Source of the DNA: Thermoplasmatota archaeon
GTDB lineage: Archaea > Thermoplasmatota > E2 > DHVEG-1
Direction: 5' to 3'
Assembly: GCA_016936135.1 (NCBI GenBank)
Contig: JAFGPP010000117.1
Location: forward strand, 1 to 49,421
Length of the DNA: 49,421 bases
Below the pieces are notes generated by a model. It was not told where the DNA came from, did not search any database, and saw only the letters and a list, made by a program, of their open reading frames with translations. Position numbers and translations under genes: made by a program. Numbering within the stretch: position 1 is the stretch's first letter; each line of letters starts with the position of its first letter. Below, one piece after another: positions 9,650-18,001 of this stretch.

Positions 9650-9826
9650 TTATAAATAGTGATATTTAAACTCTACTATTTTTATTTGAGAAATTTATTA
9701 TTGTTATTGTTTATTTCTTTACAATTTATCTTAAAAAAACCATTTTTTAAAAAAATAAACAAATTATAAATCAATTTAAAAACTATCAATGTGCACCATT
9801 ATAGAATTATCAACAATAATGGGTGC

Positions 9827-10177
9827 CTATTCGTTAAATTCTAATATTTTTTTCTTGATGACACTATACCAGCTATCTATACATGCATCAACTTTTTTCA
9901 TAGCAATGTTAATTTCAACTATGTTATACAAATAATAGTACCCACCTGTTTTTATTTTTTTTTGCTGTTTTTCGCATAGACCGCATAAAATTAGTTTTTG
10001 TAAGGAGCGGTAAACTGTACTTCTTTCCTTTTTTAATTTTTTCGACAGTTCAATTGTTGTAGATTTGCCTGTTTGTTTTAGCAATTTATACACTTCATTA
10101 TCTAAATTGTTTAGATCAAAAACACATTTTATTAAATCTTGACAAGTTATATTTTCAATTGATTTTGGAAACTTCAT
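9827..10177 (-). CDS. Winged-helix transcriptional regulator (TrmB/MarR-like)
   Basis: 116 aa. wHTH segment EVYKLLKQTGKSTTIELSKKLKKERSTVYRSLQKLILCGL. Divergent from the thioredoxin cluster. Confidence 0.65.
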   Translation of the reverse strand: MKFPKSIENITCQDLIKCVFDLNNLDNEVYKLLKQTGKSTTIELSKKLKKERSTVYRSLQKLILCGLCEKQQKKIKTGGYYYLYNIVEINIAMKKVDACIDSWYSVIKKKILEFNE

Positions 10178-10211
10178 TTCTCATAATGTTAAAATCAAAA
10201 CAGTATTTAAT

Positions 10212-10258
10212 GGTTGTGTAATTTATTCACACAAACGTTAAATACACAATAATGTATT
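10212..10258. promoter_or_regulatory. Two palindromes in the divergent promoter region (candidate operators)
   Basis: GGTTGTGT-N9-ACACAAAC at 10212-10236 and AATACA-N6-TGTATT at 10241-10258. Both lie between the regulator start (10177) and the thioredoxin start (10268). Confidence 0.3.
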
Positions 10259-10267
10259 ATAAACCTA

Positions 10268-10678
10268 ATGGATATCGAGCTTGAAAAAATTAAAAGAAAA
10301 AAAATGGAAGAAATATTACAAAATTATTCAAAAAGAGGTATAAATGTGGATAAAAATTTGCCAAAAACGCCAATAAAACTTACAGACGCAGATATTGATG
10401 AAAATATAAAAAAATACGACAAAATCGTTGTAGACTGTTGGGCACCGTGGTGCGGCCCTTGCAGGATGGTTGGACCAATAATCGATGAACTGGCAAAAGA
10501 AATGTCTGGCAAAATGGTCTTTGGAAAATTGAACGTCGATGAAAATCAAACCACATCTTCAAAATATGGCATTATGAGTATTCCTACTTTATTAGTATTC
10601 AAAAAAGGAGATTTAATCGATAAGATAATAGGTGCCTTACCAAAGGACATGTTAAAATCTAAATTATCTCAGTATTAG
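10268..10678 (+). CDS. Thioredoxin (CGPC) with N-terminal extension
   Basis: 136 aa with the canonical WAPWCGPCRM motif and SIPTLLVFKKG. Confidence 0.85.
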   Translation: MDIELEKIKRKKMEEILQNYSKRGINVDKNLPKTPIKLTDADIDENIKKYDKIVVDCWAPWCGPCRMVGPIIDELAKEMSGKMVFGKLNVDENQTTSSKYGIMSIPTLLVFKKGDLIDKIIGALPKDMLKSKLSQY

Positions 10679-10683
10679 AAACA

Positions 10684-11313
10684 TTGCTAAACCGATTAAT
10701 TTACTGTTTGGTGATCATAATTAAAAGAAAAAAAGTTCAACCAAAAAAAAATAATAGAATATGGCTGTATGTGATAATTATTATTGTTGTATTTGTGGTA
10801 GGTGCTTCATCTGCAATTTTTATTTTAAACCAACCCTTACAAAACGAGGGTGATGATTTTGTCTACACCTCTCTAGATGGCAGTATAAAAAGTTTAAGTG
10901 ATTACAGGGGCAAGGTTGTAATAGTTGACATGTGGGCAACTTGGTGTTCACCATGCGTATATGAAATGATGGAATTGTACAAATTATATAATAACTTCAG
11001 TAGTAATGATCTCGAAATTATTTCAGTAAATATATATGAGGGGGACAGCACTCAGAAAATTCAAGATTTTTTAGAAAAATTTGAAAATGATCACGGATAT
11101 AATCTAAACTGGGAGTTTGGTAGGGAAATTGATGATAATTTAGTCAAGTATATGAATGAGAGTGCAATACCCACTCTTTGCATATTTGACAGACAGGGAA
11201 ACCTTAAATTTCGACACGCTGGCCTAAGTTTCTACAATGAAATACCATCAAATTGGCCTTCAAACACACCCGAGCCGCCATTGCTGTTTCCAATAGTTGA
11301 AGAGTTAATATAA
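10684..11313 (+). CDS. Membrane-anchored TlpA/ResA-like thiol:disulfide oxidoreductase (CSPC)
   Basis: 209 aa. TTG start as in the track; the start is uncertain. One N-terminal TM (IWLYVIIIIVVFVVGASSAIFIL), WATWCSPC motif, redoxin-like fold. Confidence 0.75.
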   Translation: MLNRLIYCLVIIIKRKKVQPKKNNRIWLYVIIIIVVFVVGASSAIFILNQPLQNEGDDFVYTSLDGSIKSLSDYRGKVVIVDMWATWCSPCVYEMMELYKLYNNFSSNDLEIISVNIYEGDSTQKIQDFLEKFENDHGYNLNWEFGREIDDNLVKYMNESAIPTLCIFDRQGNLKFRHAGLSFYNEIPSNWPSNTPEPPLLFPIVEELI

Positions 11314-11339
11314 AGAAAAATTAATAATGGGGAGATAAA

Positions 11340-11828
11340 GTGAAAAGAATCTATAAAAAAATATCAACCATAACTTTAGTAGTAATATTGATGTGCAGCC
11401 TAAGTGTTGGAATTGTTTCTGCACTTATTCCAACAATAAATATAGATCCTGAATCACCTACACCTAAATCTACAGTAAAATTTACTTCAGAAGTGGAAGA
11501 TCAAAATGTTATAGAGGTGCGTTTGCTAATACAAGAGTGTAATGCCAACACCGGAATTTGTCATGAACCAAGAGAGAACCTTTCAATGAGCAAAATCAGT
11601 GAAGGGGTATACGAAACTTCTGCAACATTGAAATTTGAAGATACAACATATATACAGTACAGTTTAAATGTGAAAACTGGCGAAGGATGGGTGCAATATC
11701 TGGAGGGAACTAAAAAGGATTTGAATCTTCAAAATAATAACGGCAATAACACACCTGGATTTGAGTTTATATTAGCTATTTTAGCAACAATACTTATAAT
11801 ACCAATTGTTTATAAACGTAAAAGATAG
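11340..11828 (+). CDS. Surface protein with signal peptide and PGF-CTERM sorting signal
   Basis: 162 aa with GTG start after GGGGAG. C-terminus is NNTPGFEFILAILATILIIPIVYKRKR (PGF, then TM helix, then basic tail). Beta-rich body with a single Cys pair (QECNANTGICHEP). Confidence 0.65.
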   Translation: MKRIYKKISTITLVVILMCSLSVGIVSALIPTINIDPESPTPKSTVKFTSEVEDQNVIEVRLLIQECNANTGICHEPRENLSMSKISEGVYETSATLKFEDTTYIQYSLNVKTGEGWVQYLEGTKKDLNLQNNNGNNTPGFEFILAILATILIIPIVYKRKR

Positions 11829-11830
11829 GA

Positions 11831-12655
11831 ATGAAATTTCAGGTCAAGCGGTTACTATCACAAATTCTAATCTTTTTTTCTGCAAATCTAGGTGCATTTG
11901 GACTGAAAACCGGATTCTGCTACCCTTTTTTTTACTGTCATGCATGTCCTGCTTCAACATCCGCATGTCCACTTAGAGCTTTAGAACAAAGTGTTTATTC
12001 AAGAAGTTTTACCTGGTATTTCTTTGTATATCCATTATTGATCTTGGGTTTTTTTGGTGTTTTAACAGGCAGAGCAGTATGTGGGTGGGCATGCCCAATT
12101 GGACTGCTTCAAAGAGCTACTGGAAAAGTTGCCAGGAGGTTTAAAAAATATAAATTTTTAAACGAAAGAACAACTAAAAAAATTGATAGATATCTAAGAT
12201 ATGCAAAATATTTTGTTCTAATCGGTTTAGTTATTTTTACTTCCTGGTTGATAGGAATTATGTTTACAGATATTTGTCCAATAGGTTTTTTAACGGGTAC
12301 CATTCCAACTTTATTATTATATCCAGGTAAATTTGTACCAAACACTTTTTTCGGGATTGCATTAATTATCTTTCTTTTATTTCTTATTTTGATATTTACA
12401 GTAGAAAGAGGTTGGTGTCGTTACTTTTGCCCGATTGGTGCCCTACTTGCACCTTTCAATAAAATTAGTTATTTACATGTTTCCAGGGTTAAAGAAGAAA
12501 CATTTGAAAAGGAATGTATTAAGTGTGATGCCTGTTCAAAAATTTGCCCTATGGGAATTGATGTTACCAAGTTGTTCAGAGATCCAGAGTGTATTCTATG
12601 CGGTAAGTGCGTTACAGCATGTCCTAAAAATCTTATCGAATTTAAGAGGAAATAA
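11831..12655 (+). CDS. NapH/MauN/CcoG-type integral-membrane polyferredoxin
   Basis: 274 aa. CX3CP motifs CGWACP and CRYFCP, an extra CHACP, several TM helices and a C-terminal 2x[4Fe-4S] region (CIKCDACSKICP, CILCGKCVTACP). Confidence 0.75.
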   Translation: MKFQVKRLLSQILIFFSANLGAFGLKTGFCYPFFYCHACPASTSACPLRALEQSVYSRSFTWYFFVYPLLILGFFGVLTGRAVCGWACPIGLLQRATGKVARRFKKYKFLNERTTKKIDRYLRYAKYFVLIGLVIFTSWLIGIMFTDICPIGFLTGTIPTLLLYPGKFVPNTFFGIALIIFLLFLILIFTVERGWCRYFCPIGALLAPFNKISYLHVSRVKEETFEKECIKCDACSKICPMGIDVTKLFRDPECILCGKCVTACPKNLIEFKRK

Positions 12656-13285
12656 ATGAAAAAATTCTTTGCTACTCAAATAACTTTAATCCTAATATTC
12701 GCCGGTGGATTATCTGGCATGTTTATATCTACTGATGTATACGAAAATGTTCAGTCAAGAATCGTAAATGTTCTTTGTCTTAGTTGTCTAAAACTTGAAC
12801 CAAAAACTATTGTCGAATTCACATTTGATACAGCAAATGGGCAATCTCATCCAGAGTTTGTCATTGAAAACCTAACAATTGGTCCAATATTTTTACATTT
12901 CAGCGAAGATGTTTGCCATGGATGCGAAGTTATGCACCCCGTCATCGAAAAGTTATTCAACATTTCATTTGAAAAAACTGATTCAGTTTATGAAATTAAA
13001 GAAATTCAAAACACTTCGGTTGTCTACATTTACATAAACATCGATCATACAACACAAGATTTGCGAAATTCTTTATACATATACGACAAGGACAATGTTC
13101 AAGGCCTACCAATGTTTTCAATAATTACCCTGGGCTATGATAACGGAATTGTAAAGCCATATTATACTTCTATTTATGGAACACTAAAGGATACAGACCA
13201 AGAGAGATTGGATTTTATTTCTTCAATTTTGCAAGAAGGAATAGAAATGTTCAAGCAAAATATTGACGGATTTTTACAACCTTAA
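12656..13285 (+). CDS. Membrane-anchored thioredoxin-like protein (CHGC) of unknown family
   Basis: 209 aa. Start ATG overlaps the upstream stop (TAAATG). N-terminal TM helix, CLSC just after the TM, and a Trx-like context IFLHFSEDVCHGCEVMHP. Confidence 0.5.
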   Translation: MKKFFATQITLILIFAGGLSGMFISTDVYENVQSRIVNVLCLSCLKLEPKTIVEFTFDTANGQSHPEFVIENLTIGPIFLHFSEDVCHGCEVMHPVIEKLFNISFEKTDSVYEIKEIQNTSVVYIYINIDHTTQDLRNSLYIYDKDNVQGLPMFSIITLGYDNGIVKPYYTSIYGTLKDTDQERLDFISSILQEGIEMFKQNIDGFLQP

Positions 13286-13358
13286 TACCCCATATTAATT
13301 AAAACAAGTTGAGATTGTATTTCCACTTTTCAGACTTGATTTAAATCATAAAAAGGCA

Positions 13359-13568
13359 TCAACCACTAGATGTTTTTTTCATTTCTTCTTCGGCCATCTC
13401 GTCAAGCTTTTTATCCACACCTAGCTCCTTTGCAATTTTTGACATTTCATCGAGCATTTGGTCCCAAATAACTTCTTGTTCCAGGGCATAATACCACATA
13501 TCCAATTTTGTTGAACCATCTGCCTTTTTGAAATCTTCAAGGAATGCCTTTTTATCTTCTTCGTTCAT
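13359..13568 (-). CDS. Small acidic hypothetical protein
   Basis: 69 aa, highly charged and helical-looking. No family recognised. Confidence 0.4.
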   Translation of the reverse strand: MNEEDKKAFLEDFKKADGSTKLDMWYYALEQEVIWDQMLDEMSKIAKELGVDKKLDEMAEEEMKKTSSG

Positions 13569-13683
13569 ATGTTATCACGATTTTAAATTAATTTTTCCTT
13601 AAATCTATAAATTGGCAATTTAGGACAGTATGTAATGAAGCATTAATAGAGTTTTTGAATTTAGTCTAATAAATCAATTTTGT

Positions 13684-14316
13684 TCAACTTCTTACAAAGG
13701 CATTATATCTTTTTTCATCGCCAATAGTCGTTGATGGTCCGTGACCGGTATATACAATTGTTTCATCTGACAAAGTATACAGCTTTGATTTAATCGAATT
13801 AGATAATTGTTCAAATGATCCTCCATGCAGATCGGCTCTTCCTATGCTGCCTTGAAACAGGACATCACCAACAAAAACAATGCTATTGTGTAATAAACAC
13901 AAACTTCCCTGTGAATGCCCAGGAGTGTGCAATACATCGAACTGGTATTCACCAACTGAAATAATGTCGCCTTCGTCTATGCATCGATCTGGTTTTAAAG
14001 CACCCCCAAAACCTAAACGATGATACCTATCGCTTTTAGGTTCTTTATCGGGAAAATCATTCTTGTGGGCGAGAAAATCTGCACCTGTTTTTTTCCTTAG
14101 TTTTTCTACTCCATCAACATGATCAAAATGACCATGTGTAGCAACTATTAATTTGACTTTTAACCCTAAATTTTTTATCTTTTTTACAATCAGTTCTACG
14201 TTATCTCCGGGATCAATTATTAGAGCTTCAAGCGTTTTTTCATCCCAAACAATGTAACAATTCGACATCAGAGGTCCCACGACCAATTTTTCTACATTTA
14301 AACCAACATTTTCCAT
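13684..14316 (-). CDS. MBL-fold metallo-hydrolase (glyoxalase II-like)
   Basis: 210 aa. THGHFDHV metal motif, HTPGHSQGS and GDVLFQGSIGRAD. Confidence 0.85.
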   Translation of the reverse strand: MENVGLNVEKLVVGPLMSNCYIVWDEKTLEALIIDPGDNVELIVKKIKNLGLKVKLIVATHGHFDHVDGVEKLRKKTGADFLAHKNDFPDKEPKSDRYHRLGFGGALKPDRCIDEGDIISVGEYQFDVLHTPGHSQGSLCLLHNSIVFVGDVLFQGSIGRADLHGGSFEQLSNSIKSKLYTLSDETIVYTGHGPSTTIGDEKRYNAFVRS

Positions 14317-14498
14317 TGTTTTACCTCAGGTGTTACTTAGCATGATTGCTTATATTTTCAGATCTAACATAATTTTAAACACATATTGCCATTTAAAATA
14401 TATGATAAAAAATTAATTTGATTAACCAGTGATTTAGATTATTTTCAGACATTTACATATACAAGATCTGCCATTATAGACGTCCAAAGAGGCAATAA

Positions 14499-15761
14499 AT
14501 GTTTGTGGAGATTCCTTACGGTCAAGGAATAAAAAAAATCAAAATAGATGAACCTTGTGATGTTTTACTTCCAAACAAGGTTGAAATCGGGGATGAAAAT
14601 CTTACAATAAAAACTGCGCTAGATAATCCCGTCTCATCAATATCATTTGAAGAGTTTGTTAAACAATCAGATAAGTTACTTATCGTTGTAAACGATGCAA
14701 CTAGGCCCACGCCTACTGCAAAAATTCTTGATACTTTACATCCTATAATTTCCAATATCAAAGATTTTAGAATTATTGTTGCAACTGGATCTCACAAACC
14801 ACCCACCCAAGAAGAATTCAAATTTATTTTTGGAGAATACTACAACCTTTACAAGGATAAAATCGTTGTTCACGATGCGAAAAATTCCTCAATGAAATTT
14901 CATGGAATAACACCGCTTGGAACAGAAGTGGCTTTTAATGAAATAATTGATAGATATCAAAATATCATAACAATAAATAGTGTGGAGCCGCATTATTTTG
15001 CAGGTTATACCGGTGGAAGGAAATCCTTCTTGCCAGGTCTAGCTTCTTATAAAACCATAGAGATGAACCACAAATTTGCTATGGATGACAGGGCATGCGG
15101 TTTGGCACTTAAAGCAAATCCTGTACATGAAGACATGATTGATTCGATAAGACTTCTTTCCGAAATAAATGTTTTTTCCATTCAAATAGTCTTAACTCCA
15201 GAAGGAAGAATTTTTAAAGTAATTACCGGTGATTTGGAAAAATCCTTTTTAGAGGCAGTTGAATATGCAAACGAAGTCTTTTGCACCTCATTAAAAAAGA
15301 AAGGCAACATCGTAATTACGGTCGCCCCTCACCCTATGGATAAGAATCTATACCAATCTCAAAAAGCATTGGAAAATGGAAAACTTGCCTTAAAAAAGAA
15401 CGGGATTATTATTTTAGTATCAAAATGTCCCGGAGGCGTTGGCCAACAAGCTTTTGTCGATCTTTTATCTAAGGCAAACAGGCCTGAAGAAGTTTTAGAA
15501 TTTTTAAAAAACGAATATAAGCTTGGATATCACAAGGCTGGAAAAATTGCAGAATTGGCAACATGGGCAGATATTTGGGCTGTAACGGATTTAGATTCAA
15601 CCGTGCTGCAAAAAGCCTTTATCAGTTCGCGTAAAGGAATTCAAGCAGCTGTTGATGATTCTATTAAAATAATTAAAAAGAAAGGCGAGAAACCCGAAAT
15701 AATTATCATACCCTATGGCAGTTTAACGGTCCCATTTTGTCAAAAAGGACAATTAATCTAA
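14499..15761 (+). CDS. larA: LarA-family (DUF2088) nickel-pincer-dependent 2-hydroxyacid racemase/epimerase homologue
   Basis: 420 aa. Motifs NDATRPTP, ATGSHKP and EPHYFAGYTGGRKS match LarA cofactor-binding and catalytic regions as I recall them. Confidence 0.75.
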   Translation: MFVEIPYGQGIKKIKIDEPCDVLLPNKVEIGDENLTIKTALDNPVSSISFEEFVKQSDKLLIVVNDATRPTPTAKILDTLHPIISNIKDFRIIVATGSHKPPTQEEFKFIFGEYYNLYKDKIVVHDAKNSSMKFHGITPLGTEVAFNEIIDRYQNIITINSVEPHYFAGYTGGRKSFLPGLASYKTIEMNHKFAMDDRACGLALKANPVHEDMIDSIRLLSEINVFSIQIVLTPEGRIFKVITGDLEKSFLEAVEYANEVFCTSLKKKGNIVITVAPHPMDKNLYQSQKALENGKLALKKNGIIILVSKCPGGVGQQAFVDLLSKANRPEEVLEFLKNEYKLGYHKAGKIAELATWADIWAVTDLDSTVLQKAFISSRKGIQAAVDDSIKIIKKKGEKPEIIIIPYGSLTVPFCQKGQLI

Positions 15762-15827
15762 AGATAATATCGTCTTTTATTGAGAAGTAAGGAAATATTT
15801 ATTAAAACTCTTAATGTTGTATTTCTG

Positions 15828-16187
15828 ATGTCTGCAAGAATTAATGATAAACCAATATTAGTAAAAAAAGATGACGGCCTAATCGACAAAAGTCGACAAG
15901 GTAAGAAGTATCAACTTAAATTAAAGTCAGATAAGATGGAGGCAATTATTGCAGAGCTTGATCCACACACAGAATCACGATGGTTTAAACATTCTGGTCA
16001 AGAAATTCATATAGTATTGAACGGTGAGATGGAATACGCAGTTGGGGACAATTTTTTCAAGCTGTGTGAAGGAGATATTTTGTGGCACGATTCTTCCAAA
16101 CCTCATCGGGCAAAAAACAACAGTGACAAAAAAGTAAAATACATAACAATTGGAACCCCACCGACTTTTATGATGGATGATATATAG
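15828..16187 (+). CDS. Cupin domain protein
   Basis: Track ORF starts at TTG 15780; the in-frame ATG at 15828 is more likely. Cupin motifs HSGQEIHIVLNGE and PHRAKN. Confidence 0.65.
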   Translation: MSARINDKPILVKKDDGLIDKSRQGKKYQLKLKSDKMEAIIAELDPHTESRWFKHSGQEIHIVLNGEMEYAVGDNFFKLCEGDILWHDSSKPHRAKNNSDKKVKYITIGTPPTFMMDDI

Positions 16188-16188
16188 A

Positions 16189-16683
16189 TCAACCAGATAA
16201 CTCATCGGTCAAATTACTAATCTCTTTATTTATTTTCTTAAAAATTTTTTCTAAGTAGACTGGAATATTTTTCTCCAATTCTGATGAAATAGTGTTTCCA
16301 AATGAAGTATCTCCTGGATGAATTCCAATAATAAAAATCTTATCGGGGACTTGTCCAAGTTTCTTTGAAAGTTCAATAATATTTAGGAAATCGGCGCAAT
16401 GCGTAGACTGGGTAATAAATGGCTTAACACTTTTGAGGTTTTTAGCATCAAATATTTCAATTTCTCCTATCTTTTTATTGAAATTCACCGCATCAATTAT
16501 AAAAACTAAATCAAATTTGGTTATTAGATGTAACAGGTTCATCCCACCTGTACCACCATCTATAATTTCAATACCACCAGATAAAATATTTTTTTTGAGT
16601 TTTATATAGTCTAAAATTTTTATACCAATGCCGTCATCTTTTCTAAAAGGATTTCCAAGGCCAATTACAGCTACTCTTTTCAT
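16189..16683 (-). CDS. [NiFe] hydrogenase maturation endopeptidase
   Basis: 164 aa. N-terminal VIGLGNPFRKDDGIGIKI is typical of the HyaD/HycI/FrhD family. Last gene of the hydrogenase operon. Confidence 0.85.
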   Translation of the reverse strand: MKRVAVIGLGNPFRKDDGIGIKILDYIKLKKNILSGGIEIIDGGTGGMNLLHLITKFDLVFIIDAVNFNKKIGEIEIFDAKNLKSVKPFITQSTHCADFLNIIELSKKLGQVPDKIFIIGIHPGDTSFGNTISSELEKNIPVYLEKIFKKINKEISNLTDELSG

Positions 16684-16687
16684 AAAT

Positions 16688-18001
16688 TTAAGAATCTACA
16701 AATTTGACATCCAGATAATGTGTACTGCAGGAAATACAGGGGTCATATGCTCTTACCAGCATTTCTAAGTTAAGTTCGATTTCTTTTTGAGGTTTGTCCA
16801 TAATCTGAGGTACTAATTTTTCCATGTCTTTTTGAATATTTGCATGATTTTGATTTGTAGGAATTACACAGTTTGCCTCAACACATTTCTGATTTTTTAT
16901 TGAATAGTCGTGAACAAGTATCCCTCTCGGAACCTCGACTATACCTACCCCGCGCCCGGATGTTTTCTTAGCTTTTACAGGTCTTTCAGGTTTTACACCA
17001 TTATTTGTAAGTTTGTCAATCAATAAAATAGAATCTTCAATGTTATGAACAAATTCTACTAGCTGTGCAACATTATTCATAAATGGATTAAAATTAATTG
17101 ATTTTAGATTAAACATCTTGGCAACTTGTTTTGCAATTGGGTGAAGCTGTGAACTATTGAGGTTAAATCTCGCTAATGCACCGACCATATATGATTCACG
17201 GTTATGTTTTGCATATTTTGCAGTGGATTGTGGAACAACGTATTCTTGCATTACAGATTCATATTTTTTTGGATCTGAGTGTATTCCTGTATCCGTTGAG
17301 GCAATTTTTCCATCGTAGAAAGCATATTCATCATCGGATTTTAATGCAATATACTCTGTTTCTCTTGAAAAATTTGGGAAATTATTAGCAACTGTACTAA
17401 CAACATTTGCAACATCCTGTGAAGTCTTGATAGCTAAGTGTAAATCCTCTTTTAATTTGATAAGCTGTTTCTTGGTTGGTAATAGAGAGAAACCTCCAAC
17501 TACCAATCTAATCGGATGGGTTGTACGTCCACAAATAAGATCAGACATTTCGTTTGAAAGTCTGTGTAATTTTACGATTTTTAATAAAGTATCTTGGTGC
17601 TTACTGCCAACAAGTGGAAATACGCTACCAACTCCAAATAGATCCGGTGCAGCAAGGTAACCAACATGCAAAATATGACTTTGCATATTTTCACCATTAA
17701 TCGCAAGCCTTCTAAACAAAGCAGATTGTTTTGAAATTTCAACGTTCAGTGCATCCTCAGTTGCTTTTAAACTTGCAAGAGAGTGTCCTATAGAACATAT
17801 GCCACATATACGGGAGGTAATCGGGCGAAGTTCATTATAATCTCTTCCTTTCAGCATTGCCTCAAAAAACCGTGGTGCCTCCGGAACCTGCCACTGAAGT
17901 TTTTCAATTGTGCCATTTTTCACATCCAAGACAATATTTCCATGACCCTCAACCCTTGTTATATGGTGGAGACTAACAGATATGTTTTTGCTCATTTGCA
18001 A
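16688..18001 (-). CDS. hydA: [NiFe] hydrogenase large (alpha) subunit, group 3b-like
   Basis: 437 aa. N-terminal RICGICSIGH and C-terminal DPCISCSTH Ni-Fe ligand motifs, followed by a short cleavable tail (YLDVKFVDS). Confidence 0.9.
   Translation of the reverse strand: MQMSKNISVSLHHITRVEGHGNIVLDVKNGTIEKLQWQVPEAPRFFEAMLKGRDYNELRPITSRICGICSIGHSLASLKATEDALNVEISKQSALFRRLAINGENMQSHILHVGYLAAPDLFGVGSVFPLVGSKHQDTLLKIVKLHRLSNEMSDLICGRTTHPIRLVVGGFSLLPTKKQLIKLKEDLHLAIKTSQDVANVVSTVANNFPNFSRETEYIALKSDDEYAFYDGKIASTDTGIHSDPKKYESVMQEYVVPQSTAKYAKHNRESYMVGALARFNLNSSQLHPIAKQVAKMFNLKSINFNPFMNNVAQLVEFVHNIEDSILLIDKLTNNGVKPERPVKAKKTSGRGVGIVEVPRGILVHDYSIKNQKCVEANCVIPTNQNHANIQKDMEKLVPQIMDKPQKEIELNLEMLVRAYDPCISCSTHYLDVKFVDS

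Noticed and set aside
9650-9826. Searched for direct repeats shared with 6326-6702 as att sites
   Set aside because: The best shared word is an 11-mer, TTTATTTCTTT. It is low complexity and expected by chance in AT-rich spacers.
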